Positions 28,721-38,559 of a stretch of DNA of 61,853 bases are shown here, piece after piece. A program made the translations under genes and the position numbers. How positions within the stretch are numbered: position 1 is the stretch's first letter; every line of letters begins with the position of its first letter. The notes beneath the pieces were generated by a model that worked only from the letters and a program-made list of their open reading frames with translations, was not told where the DNA came from and ran no database searches. This DNA comes from an uncultured bacterium (lineage in GTDB: Bacteria > Electryoneota > B3-LCP). Location: the NCBI GenBank assembly GCA_964623265.1, contig CAZUTK010000008.1:1-61853 (forward strand), read 5' to 3'.

Positions 28721-28827
28721 ATCAAGTGACGATTTAAGCGGAGAACACCGGACGGGAAAGGCTTAGCAACCAATGTAAGCTATAAAACCTCACTTACATA
28801 AAACATCAGAAAACATTACGAGGCGCT

Positions 28828-30675
28828 ATGCGGACTGCATCTTGTTTCTGCATGTTTTTTCTGCTGTTTTCATCGTTTTTCTCCACATCAGGGTCGGCTC
28901 AAGATCTCTCCATTCAGATGACCCCGATTTCACCTCCCATCCAGATCCCCGCCGGCGACGGCTCCTTCAGTTTCGACGCCGCGGTCTTCAACAACGGCGT
29001 CACCCCGCAGAGTTTCAGCCTCTGGATTCTCGCGCAGCTCCCCAGCGGCATCTGGTATGGACCGGTTCTGGGTCCCATCAGCCTGACGCTACCGGCAGGA
29101 GCCTTCATTTCCCGCAACCGCAGTCAGTCTGTTCCGGATCTAGCGCCCGCAGGCGTGTATTCATACGAAGGACGGTTGGGGAATTACCCCAACACTATCT
29201 GGGATTCTGACCGGTTTCAATTCGTCAAACTGGCAGAAGGAGCGCTGGACACAATATGGATGCACACCTACGGCGGGGAAGGTTACGAGATCGGCAACGG
29301 CGTCCTGGAAGCGCGTGACGGCGGTTTCGTCGTGGTCGGATCCACGAATTCTTTCGGCGCGGGGGATTACGATGTATTATTGCTCAAGACCGATGCCGCC
29401 GGTACTCCGATCTGGCAGAAGACTTTCGGGACGGAAAGCTGGGAATGCGGCACTTCTCTTCTTCAAACTCAGGACGACGGCTACATCATCGTCGGAGCGC
29501 GATATAACGGAAATGATTGCGATGTGTATTTGATCAAGACGAATTCCGCAGGGGATTCCGCTCGGTCGAGAGTCTTCGGCGGCACCGGGTATGACGACGG
29601 CAGATGCGTGCGACAGACTCCGGACGGCGGGTTCATCATCACCGGCTGCGCCACCTTGTCCGGAGCCGCAGACAAAAATGTCTATTTAATCAAGACGAAC
29701 GCGCAAGGCGATGAGATTTGGTCGCGCACCTTCGGGGGGAGTTACGACGACGTCGGAAATTCCGTACAGATTACGCCGGACGGGGTTACCTCATCGTCGG
29801 TTATTCCTATCTTCAAGGTACGGAGGACTGTGATGTCTTCATAGTCAAGACGGACGATGCGGGGCATCAGATCTGGTGCCGGACGCTGGGTGGGGAGAGC
29901 TGGGACTACGGACTGGACGGAGCACTTACTCAGGATGGCGGCTATATCATCGCCGGGTACACCTATTCCTATGGTGCAGGATTGACGGATGTCTACCTGC
30001 TCAAGACGGACTTTGAGGGTAACTTGATCTGGCAACGCACCTTCGGCGGATCCGGATACGATTTCGGGCGCGCCGTCGAAACGACTCCGGACGGCGGATT
30101 TTTCATAGCCGGGAGCACCGATTCCTTCGGCTGGGGAGAGACGGATGCGTACTTGATTAAAACCAATCCAAACGGCGAGGAAATCGAATCTTGGACGTTC
30201 GGGGGAGCACAATCAGATGAAGGGCGGGATGTGCGCGGGACTCTGGATGGCGGATGTATTCTCGCCGGCGCGGCGAACTCCTTCGCATCAGGTGGAAGCG
30301 ACGTTTATCTGGTTCGACTGGCGCCGATATCGGAAACGGAACGATGCGTTTTTTCGCCGCCGACTGCGGAAACCTCATCCGATTCGGAGTGGGTGAACGT
30401 TCCGCCGTCTGAAGCCCACACAGAAGGGGTCATTGTCCATTCCGTCAGTTCCGAAGCCTTCATTACCTTTTCGCTGGAGCAAGCATCTTGGATATCGCTG
30501 GATCTATTCGATATCCGAGGACGACGCGTGGAGGTCGGTTTTCCCGCAGCCTTTTCCGCGCTTCCGGTTTCCAGCGGATCCCCTATGACCAGAGCTCGCT
30601 GGCATCCGGAATTTATATTTACCGCATTCGAGCGGGGACGCAGACCATCGGCGGGAGCTTATCGTGGCGAAATAG
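28828..30675 (+). pseudogene. Frameshifted gene for a secreted Ig-like module + 7-blade beta-propeller repeat protein with T9SS CTD
   Basis: ORFs 28828..29844, 29718..30719 and 30488..30742 plus a final short frame read as one protein if 1 nt is restored at about 29782-85 (GGGG run), about 30545-65 and about 30653-55 (GGG run). There are seven ~50-aa repeats (TFGG..D.G..V..T.DGGYII.G.T.S.G.G..DVYLIKTD..G..IW). The CTD tail is ..SLASGIYIYRIRAGTQTIGG/ELIVAK*. Confidence 0.75.
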
Positions 30676-30702
30676 TTGGAAGATCAATCCGGCAGAAATG
30701 CG

Positions 30703-30728
30703 GAGGGCGGCAGAATTAAGCCGCCCTC
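30703..30728. terminator. Bidirectional stem-loop between convergent propeller pseudogene and gingipain-like gene
   Basis: GAGGGCGGC-AGAATTAA-GCCGCCCTC, a 9-bp GC-rich stem. It lies just after the restored-frame stop at 30673-75. Confidence 0.6.
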
Positions 30729-30752
30729 TGCAGTTCGTATAAGCTTTTCAAC

Positions 30753-33398
30753 TTACTTCAGCAGCGCCAGTTTTCCAACTGCGCTGAAGGCACCCGCCTG
30801 TAGGCGATAGAAATAAACGCCGGAAGTTAAATTAGAAGCGTCGAAGGTGACCTCGTGCGCTCCGGCGTCGCGCAGACCATCCGCTAAGACCGCCACCGTC
30901 CGTCCTTGAAGATCATAGACCTTCAAAGAAACCAACGTGTTTTCGGGCAGCGAAAAGCGGATTTTCGTCATCGGATTGAAAGGATTGGGGTAGGCGCTGA
31001 TCAGCGCGTAATCCTGCGGCGAAGCTGTCATCCGTTCTTCGAAGGATTCGCCGGAATTCAGCCATCCGCTCAATGCGGCATTGCCGTTATCCAAGCCGGA
31101 TTTGGTGAAGGCGAAGCTGTCTTCCGCCCAGATCGCAGAGGGATAAACTCCCGCATAGGCATGATAAGTGTAATCGCCCGCCGGAGCGGCTCCGGGTACA
31201 GTCTGAGTGCGATTGCGATCCAGAGAAGCGCCTGCATTCAGAGTGATGCTGACGGGTCCCAAGACCGGCCCGTACGAGTTGCCGTTCGGCAGGGTAACAT
31301 CGCACCAGACGTGGAACGTCTGGGGCGTTGGTTCGAGGTTTGATGCGGCAATGTTGTAATCGAAATTGCCGCCGGTGGCGGGGATCACGATGGGCGTCCC
31401 GGCGGGCGTGAGCGCTATGCCGATATCGGGTGTGCTGCCGAGAACTTGGATGGGCGCTGTATAAGGAACCGCATTGTAAGACGTCACCGTCAGAGTGGCG
31501 GTTCCGCCGACCGGCAGGGGTCCGGTCACATTGATGACCGCCGACCCAGAGGCGTTGGTGTAACCGTTACCCAGAAAAGTGCCGCCGTAAGACAGCGCCG
31601 CCAAAGCTCCCTGGACGTCCGGGACGGTTACTTCGAAAGTCGCTTGACCGTATTGGATGGTAGGATCATGCAATACAGTCAGAATCGCGGGGGGAGCTGT
31701 GCGCACCTGAAGCGAGGGATCGCCGAAGACGTGCCAGTGATCGAATTCGCTGTTGCCCGTCGAGCCGGTCTGATCGATCATTTCCATCGCGCCGTTGAAA
31801 CAGAGCGCGCCGTATACGTGGAACTCATCCGCGGTCAGCAGATCAATGAACTCATCCTGCGCGTACATCGGCGGCGCCCAGGATTGATTCTGCGAAGAAC
31901 CGTAAAATGCGACGGCTCCCGTACCCTGCCCGTTGTGGGAAGCGCGCAGCCAGGCTTCGGCGAAACAGGTGCTCGAGGTGAAATTGCCGTTTACGCACGC
32001 CACACTGGTGATGAACGGCAGCATATTATCATTCACCAGATTGTTGACATTGGTATTGCTGAAACCGGTCGTCCCCCAGGATGTCGTGCTGCCGTGACCG
32101 CAGTAGTTGACGATGCCGCGGCCTTCGTTCAACGCCGCCGTGACGGCGTTGGCGCTGGCGCCCGGATCGTAGATCTGATCCACCTGTGTGTAGCCGTAAC
32201 GAAGCAGGTCGGCGCGGATTAAATTCATATGCTCAAAATCCGATTCCCCGAAATGCCCGATGCCCGCTCCTTGAGACGAAGCGATTCCGGTTCCTCGGCG
32301 ATACCACTCCGTGCCCATCTGCGGCGACTGTTCGTAATTGAGAATCTTCTGCACCTGAACATCCACCTGAGCGCTGTTTTCCGCGGAGAGGCGTCCGACG
32401 AACAGCTCGGGATAGTGATCGCCGCCGGTGATCAGCGCATAGGTCGGGTCCGTGCCGCCGCCGCTGATGGGGGAAGCCACCTGAGCGTGATCGCCGACCA
32501 GCAGTACGAACGTTAAGCCGGAGGTATTGTAAGCGTTGACGATGTAATTCTTGATGGCGGTGGCGTTATTGCCGATCGCCGATATATTCACAACCGTGGT
32601 TGGAATCCCCTTCTGATTCTTCCAGTCCACAAGCGGCATCACATTGTCTCGGAAAGCATCATAGGTGATGACCAGCATCGGTCCGACTTCCTCCACTGGA
32701 GTATAACGATCCGGCTCAAAATTCAAGAAATGACGCTGGTAAATCCGCTTGAAGAGCGGATCTATCGCCTGCACAGATTCGGTTCGATGCAGGGGATTGA
32801 TTCCCTCCCCGCCGGATCGGGAAACTTCCACCTGCAATTCCGTATAAACTCTGAGAATCCGGCGGACGGGATTATATTGGAATGCGTTGATCTCCACGAC
32901 TTGTCCGCGCACATCGCGCAGAATATAAGGATCGCGCAGAGCTACAACCTCGGCGGGATACCAAACATCCTGCTGATAGACGGAGCCGAATTCGTAGGGG
33001 ATGTCCGCAGGATCCAGCGAACGCGGCAGGTGGCCCTTGGACGGAACGATGGAAACGTCGTGAATGTCCCGGTGTTGAGACGTGACGATGCGAACCTGAG
33101 TGCGGCCTTCATCCGGTATGATGAGGCTGCGGCAGATGCGGGGAAGATCCGGACTACCGGCTTCCCAGAGGCGACTCTCTTGCCGTAAATGGATGAACTG
33201 ATACCGCTGGCCGTTTATGATCACTTCATCTTTTTCGTACCCGTTGATTTGGCACTGGATGACCGAACGGTCATCTTCGTTCGCAATAAGCTGGATAGAC
33301 ATCGGCATCTGATATGCCGTGAGATTCACCCATTCCCCCGCCTGGGCCAGATTCGACAGGAAAAATAGGGAAAGTAGAAAGCAGCTAACTTTTTGCAT
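30753..33398 (-). CDS. Peptidase C25 (gingipain-like cysteine protease) with Ig-like module and T9SS CTD
   Basis: Signal peptide MQKVSCFLLSLFFLSNLAQA and a propeptide-like N-domain. Catalytic contexts YCGHGSTTSWG (His) and FITSVACVNGNF (Cys). C-terminus YPNPFNPMTKIRF..SGVYFYRLQAGAFSAVGKLALLK. The ATG at 33398 follows AGGGAG. Confidence 0.85.
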   Translation of the reverse strand: MQKVSCFLLSLFFLSNLAQAGEWVNLTAYQMPMSIQLIANEDDRSVIQCQINGYEKDEVIINGQRYQFIHLRQESRLWEAGSPDLPRICRSLIIPDEGRTQVRIVTSQHRDIHDVSIVPSKGHLPRSLDPADIPYEFGSVYQQDVWYPAEVVALRDPYILRDVRGQVVEINAFQYNPVRRILRVYTELQVEVSRSGGEGINPLHRTESVQAIDPLFKRIYQRHFLNFEPDRYTPVEEVGPMLVITYDAFRDNVMPLVDWKNQKGIPTTVVNISAIGNNATAIKNYIVNAYNTSGLTFVLLVGDHAQVASPISGGGTDPTYALITGGDHYPELFVGRLSAENSAQVDVQVQKILNYEQSPQMGTEWYRRGTGIASSQGAGIGHFGESDFEHMNLIRADLLRYGYTQVDQIYDPGASANAVTAALNEGRGIVNYCGHGSTTSWGTTGFSNTNVNNLVNDNMLPFITSVACVNGNFTSSTCFAEAWLRASHNGQGTGAVAFYGSSQNQSWAPPMYAQDEFIDLLTADEFHVYGALCFNGAMEMIDQTGSTGNSEFDHWHVFGDPSLQVRTAPPAILTVLHDPTIQYGQATFEVTVPDVQGALAALSYGGTFLGNGYTNASGSAVINVTGPLPVGGTATLTVTSYNAVPYTAPIQVLGSTPDIGIALTPAGTPIVIPATGGNFDYNIAASNLEPTPQTFHVWCDVTLPNGNSYGPVLGPVSITLNAGASLDRNRTQTVPGAAPAGDYTYHAYAGVYPSAIWAEDSFAFTKSGLDNGNAALSGWLNSGESFEERMTASPQDYALISAYPNPFNPMTKIRFSLPENTLVSLKVYDLQGRTVAVLADGLRDAGAHEVTFDASNLTSGVYFYRLQAGAFSAVGKLALLK

Positions 33399-33543
33399 AA
33401 ACCATCTCCCTTCGTTTGTCGCCGGATTATACCTTGTAGTCTTTTTGACCCCCTTGCACATTGAATATACGAAAATACCTTGCGGGTGTCAAGCTCTAAA
33501 ATAAATCAAAATAAAGAAGTTTGCGCGTTCGCAGGAAATCACC

Positions 33544-33572
33544 TTGCATTTAAGCTTGTTTGTGCCTATATT
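33544..33572 (+). promoter_or_regulatory. Candidate sigma70-type promoter of the TPR protein gene
   Basis: TTGCAT, 17 nt, TATATT, 20 nt upstream of the ATG at 33593 (SD AGAGGGGGG). Confidence 0.45.
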
Positions 33573-33592
33573 AGCTACGAAAGAGGGGGGTT

Positions 33593-34627
33593 ATGCGGTA
33601 TTTTCTCACACCGGTTGCTGTCATCATTTTGATGGCACCCGCTTTCGGTCGGACGGCGGCTTTTGAAGATGAAGAAGCTCGGGCGACCATTCAACGCATC
33701 GTCGAATTGACCTTCTTGCTGGAATACGAAGAGGGTTTGAAGACCGCCGACGGACTCGAGGAAAAGCTTCCATCCCATCCGGTCGTCCCTCTATTGCGTG
33801 CCGGCGTCTTATATTGCCGCATGCTGGACTACGAAGATCTGCTGGATCTGGCGGAATTCGAGGCGGCGTACCAGGAAGCTTGGGCGCGGACGGAGGAGTT
33901 AAAAAAGACGGGAGAATCCGCGGAAGCGAACCTCTACTTCGGCGTCCTTCTCGGATTCAAAGCCCTCCTGCAGCAGAGGCGAGGTGCTTGGTGGCCTGCG
34001 GTGAAATACGGAATGAAATCCGTCGGGTATCTAAAAAACTGCTTGGAGGAGGACAGCAGTTACAAAGACGCCAATCTGGGAATCGGCACCTTCAAATACT
34101 GGCGCAGCCGTGCGACGGATTTCATCAACTGGCTGCCGTTCATCCCCGATCAAAAGAAGGAGGGGATCGCGATGATCCGCCAAGCGATGGAAGAAGGTCT
34201 TTTCGGAAGGGAAATCTCCCGCAGCACCTTAGCCTGGATCCTGATTGACAACGGACGTCCATCCGAAGCGGTGCAGCTTTCGTTGGAAGGGTTGAAACTC
34301 TACCCAGGCAGCCGGTTTTATCTTTGGACTCTGGCGGATGGATATCTGCACACCGGCAGATGGAAAGCTGCCGCTGAAGTCTATCAAAAACTATATGATT
34401 CCATACACTTGCTAAATCGGAACAACCACTACAATGAATTGGGTATCTGCAAGCAGATGGCTCGCTGCTATCAGAATATGCAAAAGCCGGAAACCGCTCT
34501 GGAGTGGGTGGAGAAGGGTCTCGCCCTGCGACTCACCGAAGACGTGCGCGAACGACGTAAAAACGACCTCGCAAGGCTGGCTGAATTGAAGACCAGCCTG
34601 CAGAAAAAAATTTCCGGCATCCCTTAG
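33593..34627 (+). CDS. Exported TPR-like repeat protein, function unknown
   Basis: Signal peptide MRYFLTPVAVIILMAPAFG. The protein is predicted helical, with TPR-like stretches (e.g. YLWTLADGYLHTGRWKAAAEVYQKL; ICKQMARCYQNMQKPETALEWVEKGL). Confidence 0.55.
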   Translation: MRYFLTPVAVIILMAPAFGRTAAFEDEEARATIQRIVELTFLLEYEEGLKTADGLEEKLPSHPVVPLLRAGVLYCRMLDYEDLLDLAEFEAAYQEAWARTEELKKTGESAEANLYFGVLLGFKALLQQRRGAWWPAVKYGMKSVGYLKNCLEEDSSYKDANLGIGTFKYWRSRATDFINWLPFIPDQKKEGIAMIRQAMEEGLFGREISRSTLAWILIDNGRPSEAVQLSLEGLKLYPGSRFYLWTLADGYLHTGRWKAAAEVYQKLYDSIHLLNRNNHYNELGICKQMARCYQNMQKPETALEWVEKGLALRLTEDVRERRKNDLARLAELKTSLQKKISGIP

Positions 34628-34640
34628 CATCATCCATACA

Positions 34641-36113
34641 ATGATAAAAGCCAATAGACTCTTACGCCATTCATCTCTGCGCAAACTGATTCAACACGCG
34701 CGGATTTCCAACCTGGAGTTATATCTGGTCGGGGGCGCGGTGCGCACGCGCATCCAATCTCCGCAAGAAGAACTGGACAATTTGGATTTCATCCTCTTCG
34801 GAGACATCCGCGGTTTCGTTCATTCAGCCGCAAATCTGCTGAAAAGCCGCGCGATCAAAATCAACCCGCGCTTCGATACGTTCCTGCTGCCATTACGCTC
34901 CGTGAACTTGGAAATCTCCGGGCCAAAGACCGCGACGCGAAGTCGGAAGGCTTTCGCGTCTTTGCCCTCGGAGCCGCTGCAACGGGATCTTCTCCTGCGG
35001 GATTTCACCATCAACGCCATTGCGGAACCGCTGGCGCCGAAGCACGGAAAATTCGTGGATCCCAGCGGGGGAATCCGGGATATCGAGAAACGATTGATCA
35101 GAACGCCTCTGGATCCCCGGATCACTCTGGGGGATGATCCTCTCCGCATCTTGCGCGCCGCACGGCTGGCGAGCCAGCTGCATTTCTCGCTGGAGGCGAG
35201 ACTTTTGGAAGCGATGCACGAGGAAAGGGAGAGGATCTTAGTCGTCAGCTCGGAACGGAAAACCGCGGAGCTCATCAAGATACTGCAGTCGCCGAAACCT
35301 TCGATCGGATTGAAGCTGCTGTATATCACCGGCGTCCTGGATATCGCCTTCCCGGAAATCGCCGCGCTGGCGAATATGAAGCAGGATAAGCGCCATGGAC
35401 ACAAAGACGTCTTCGAACACACTTTGAAAGTCGTGGATTCCGTAGCGCAATATGAAGGTGCGTTGGAGACGAGGCTGGCGGCGCTGCTGCACGACGTCGG
35501 CAAACCGGCGACGAGGCGGTTCGATGCGGAGCTGGGCTGGACGTTCCACGGGCATGAAGTCGTCGGGGAGAGAATCGTAAAGCGCCTGGGCAGGGAATGG
35601 AAGCTCGCCCACAGCACGATGGACAAAGTCGCTAAGTTGGTGCGGCTGCATATGCGCCCCATCAACCTGACGGATGAGGGCGTCACCGATTCAGCAGTCC
35701 GTCGTCTCGGCGTGCAGGCGGACGGCGATATTGACGAACTGCTGAAGCTCTGCCGAGCCGATGTAACCTCATCGGATCCGCGGCGGGTGAGGCGTTATCT
35801 GGAAAATTTTGAGCGGGTCGTCGAGCATCTTCATTTGGTTCGGGAAAAAGATCAGCTGCGAAAATTTCAATCCCCCGTACGGGGCGAAGTCATCATGGCG
35901 GAGACCGGTCTGGAACCGTGCCCGCTGGTGGGCAAATTGAAAAAGATGATTGAAGAAGCCATTTTGAACGGGGAAATCCCCAACGAATACGATGCGGCGC
36001 TGGAATACCTGCGCAGCATCAAAGACCCCATTTTGCGCGGTGCTGCCGGCGAAATCCAAAATGGACAAGAAAAAACCAGCTCCGTCGAAGACCCCGCCGC
36101 CGAACAGAGTTAA
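34641..36113 (+). CDS. cca: CCA-adding enzyme / poly(A) polymerase-family tRNA nucleotidyltransferase with HD domain
   Basis: LYLVGGAVRTRI..DNLDF (nucleotidyltransferase head), RDFTINAIA, and HD-domain residues HGHKDVFEHT..LLHDVGKP. Confidence 0.8.
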   Translation: MIKANRLLRHSSLRKLIQHARISNLELYLVGGAVRTRIQSPQEELDNLDFILFGDIRGFVHSAANLLKSRAIKINPRFDTFLLPLRSVNLEISGPKTATRSRKAFASLPSEPLQRDLLLRDFTINAIAEPLAPKHGKFVDPSGGIRDIEKRLIRTPLDPRITLGDDPLRILRAARLASQLHFSLEARLLEAMHEERERILVVSSERKTAELIKILQSPKPSIGLKLLYITGVLDIAFPEIAALANMKQDKRHGHKDVFEHTLKVVDSVAQYEGALETRLAALLHDVGKPATRRFDAELGWTFHGHEVVGERIVKRLGREWKLAHSTMDKVAKLVRLHMRPINLTDEGVTDSAVRRLGVQADGDIDELLKLCRADVTSSDPRRVRRYLENFERVVEHLHLVREKDQLRKFQSPVRGEVIMAETGLEPCPLVGKLKKMIEEAILNGEIPNEYDAALEYLRSIKDPILRGAAGEIQNGQEKTSSVEDPAAEQS

Positions 36114-36145
36114 CCGCACACCCTTATAAAAGTGGAGGTTCCAAG

Positions 36146-36883
36146 ATGAACGAAAAAACCCCTATACCTGATGAATTCTCCGCTCCGCCCGAACCGCGCA
36201 GTATGGGGCTCTTGCAGCGTTTCATTGGAATATTTACGGCTCCTCAGGCAACGCTGAACGACATTGCGCAGCGCCCGGATTGGATCGTTCCGCTCGTGTT
36301 CATCGCGCTGGCTACTTTTCTGCTGACTCAATGGATCGTCCCTGCAGTCGTTCAGGATGCGAAGCCGGAAATCGAGAAGCGGCTGGCACAGCGCGAAATC
36401 CCCGCCGAACAAGCCGAACAGATCACCGAAGCCAGCCTGCGGAACATCCGCAGCTTCAGCGCGGTCAGCGCCGGCGTGGGCACCATCATCGTCAGTCTCA
36501 TCACCGCAGCGGCTATCCTCTTCATCGGCAACATCGTCTTGGGAGGAAAATCGAATTTCCTTCAGATTTTCTCGGTTTTTATGTGGACAGGTTTGGTGAG
36601 CATCCTCGGGTTTCTGCTGAAGGTGCCTTTGATTCTGAAACAGATGACCACCAAAATCCATTTCAGCCCCGCTGCCTTTTTCCCAGCGGAAGCAGAAACC
36701 GGCACCCTGTTCCGGATCGCAGCGGTTTTCGATCTCTTCACGATCTGGCGCATCGTGCTGATCGCCATCGGCTTCTCTCTGATTTACCGATTCTCAATGA
36801 GAAAATCCATCGCAGTTTTGGGAGGCTTTTATCTCGCGTTCGCGTTCATCCGAATTTTACTGGCGGGAGCTTTCGGCGGATGA
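36146..36883 (+). CDS. Yip1-domain integral membrane protein
   Basis: LLQRFIGIFTAPQATLNDIAQRPDWIVPLVFIAL followed by 5 TM segments, the layout of bacterial Yip1/DUF1282-like proteins. Confidence 0.6.
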   Translation: MNEKTPIPDEFSAPPEPRSMGLLQRFIGIFTAPQATLNDIAQRPDWIVPLVFIALATFLLTQWIVPAVVQDAKPEIEKRLAQREIPAEQAEQITEASLRNIRSFSAVSAGVGTIIVSLITAAAILFIGNIVLGGKSNFLQIFSVFMWTGLVSILGFLLKVPLILKQMTTKIHFSPAAFFPAEAETGTLFRIAAVFDLFTIWRIVLIAIGFSLIYRFSMRKSIAVLGGFYLAFAFIRILLAGAFGG

Positions 36884-37066
36884 AATCCTACTATCTGCGA
36901 AGCCGCACATCGTCACTCATTTCTGCCCGCAGCGCCGATTTAACAAAAAAACCGTATTCTCCGAGCTAACTTCTTCCTTCTGAGTGGAGTCTAAATATCT
37001 GATGAATTAATACCACCGGGTTTAGTACCGCCGAAAAATTGATTGAACGACGCTGGAGGGAAGAGC

Positions 37067-38524
37067 ATGAAAAACGGAATTTTCCTGGCACTGATTTTCG
37101 TCTTCGGGTTATCTGCTGCGCCTGTTTGCGGTGCCGACGACGTCATTCAAACCCCTTTAATTGAATCGGCGACCCCGCTCACGCCGCAGGATCTCTTCGA
37201 AATCGCTCTGCACCACAGCCCGGATTATCAGAAAACCGTGCAGACGGCTTCAATTTCCGACATCGGCATTCGCAGCGCCTGGGGCGCGTTCCTGCCCACT
37301 CTGGATGTGGGCTACCAACTCTCGCAGAACAACTACTACCAGCCCACCTACACCAATCCCGACGGGTCGGTTTCCAGCTACCCGGTGACAATACAGACGC
37401 ATCCTACGGTCTATGACACGATCAACGGTCACGTCTTCGAAGGCAAGGATCCGAGCACCGACATCAGCGTGACGATCCCCATCCCGGAAGGCAAGAGCCG
37501 CACTTCTTCCGGCTGGATATCCCTGCGGGAAACCATCCGTCTGGGCGGTCAGCAGATCTTCGGCATCCGCAACGCCAACATCGCCAAACAGATGAACGAT
37601 TTGGAACTGGAATCATCCGAGATCACGCTGTATTCACAGATTCGTCAGAACTATTACAATGTGCTGGCGAAGAGACGGCTCTATGATCTGGCGAAGAAAG
37701 TTCTGGAGCAGAAGCAGGAACAGCTGCGATTGGCGAAGGCGCGCTTCGAAATCGGATCCGTGACGGAGCTGGACGTGCTGCAGGCGGAAATAGACGTCGG
37801 AAATCAAGAAAACGCCATTATCACGGCGCAAAACAATGTAAAACTGGCACAGGAAGAATTGAATCGCGTGGTCGGGATAGATCTAAATTCAACCTATCCG
37901 ATGAAGGATGATTTCGTGATCTTCGACCCCAAACTCGACCTGAATGCTCTGATCCGGGAGGCTTTAGCCCATCGCCCGGACTATCGCGCCGCTCGTAAAC
38001 AAGAAGAATATCAGAGGAATCTCGCCTATTCCCGCCGCGGCGAATTCCTTCCGGACCTCTCCGCCAGCCTGACCCACTCCCGTTCGCAGAATTCCGGGGG
38101 AAACGTGGACTTCACCTTCAATCCCAGGAACCGCAATACGTCTATGTCCGTCTCGCTGACCTGGAATCTCTTCTCGGGTTTTGCGGATCAGGCGCAATAT
38201 GAAAGTGCGCGGGTGAACCTGAGAAACTCGAGCTTCGACCTGAAGAAACAGGAGCAGACCGTCGAAAAAGAAGTCCGCCAGGCATATTATTCGTTGATGC
38301 AGACCTACGATCAGTCGCAAGTCACCGCGAAGAACCGCGAGCTGGCTTCCCGCCAACTGGCACTGGAACAGGAGCGTTATCGTCTGGGCGCCACCTCGCA
38401 ATTAAATCTGCGCGCCGCGCAGGTGACCTATGAACAGGCGGAAGCGGATTACATCGCCAACGTCTTCAGCTTCTGGACTTATTTCGCGGCTCTGGAAAGC
38501 GCTGTGGGGAAAAAGATCGAATAA
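37067..38524 (+). CDS. tolC: TolC-family outer membrane efflux protein
   Basis: Signal peptide MKNGIFLALIFVFGLSAAPVCGA. Two-repeat alpha/beta-barrel organisation with motifs such as AKARFEIGSVTELDVLQAE and ERYRLGATSQLNLRAAQ. Confidence 0.85.
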   Translation: MKNGIFLALIFVFGLSAAPVCGADDVIQTPLIESATPLTPQDLFEIALHHSPDYQKTVQTASISDIGIRSAWGAFLPTLDVGYQLSQNNYYQPTYTNPDGSVSSYPVTIQTHPTVYDTINGHVFEGKDPSTDISVTIPIPEGKSRTSSGWISLRETIRLGGQQIFGIRNANIAKQMNDLELESSEITLYSQIRQNYYNVLAKRRLYDLAKKVLEQKQEQLRLAKARFEIGSVTELDVLQAEIDVGNQENAIITAQNNVKLAQEELNRVVGIDLNSTYPMKDDFVIFDPKLDLNALIREALAHRPDYRAARKQEEYQRNLAYSRRGEFLPDLSASLTHSRSQNSGGNVDFTFNPRNRNTSMSVSLTWNLFSGFADQAQYESARVNLRNSSFDLKKQEQTVEKEVRQAYYSLMQTYDQSQVTAKNRELASRQLALEQERYRLGATSQLNLRAAQVTYEQAEADYIANVFSFWTYFAALESAVGKKIE

Positions 38525-38559
38525 TCTCGATTTAGCAGAATTTATTAACCGCGAGAGCA

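Noticed and set aside
29775-29790. Programmed -1 ribosomal frameshift in the propeller gene.
   Set aside because: There is no X-XXY-YYZ slippery heptamer and no obvious downstream pseudoknot. Three separate shifts would be required in one gene. Indels or assembly error is the simpler explanation.
36110-36661. 183-aa minus-strand ORF overlapping the cca 3' end and the Yip1 gene.
   Set aside because: It is antisense to a membrane-protein gene with coherent TM organisation. The product is a charged low-complexity string with no SD.
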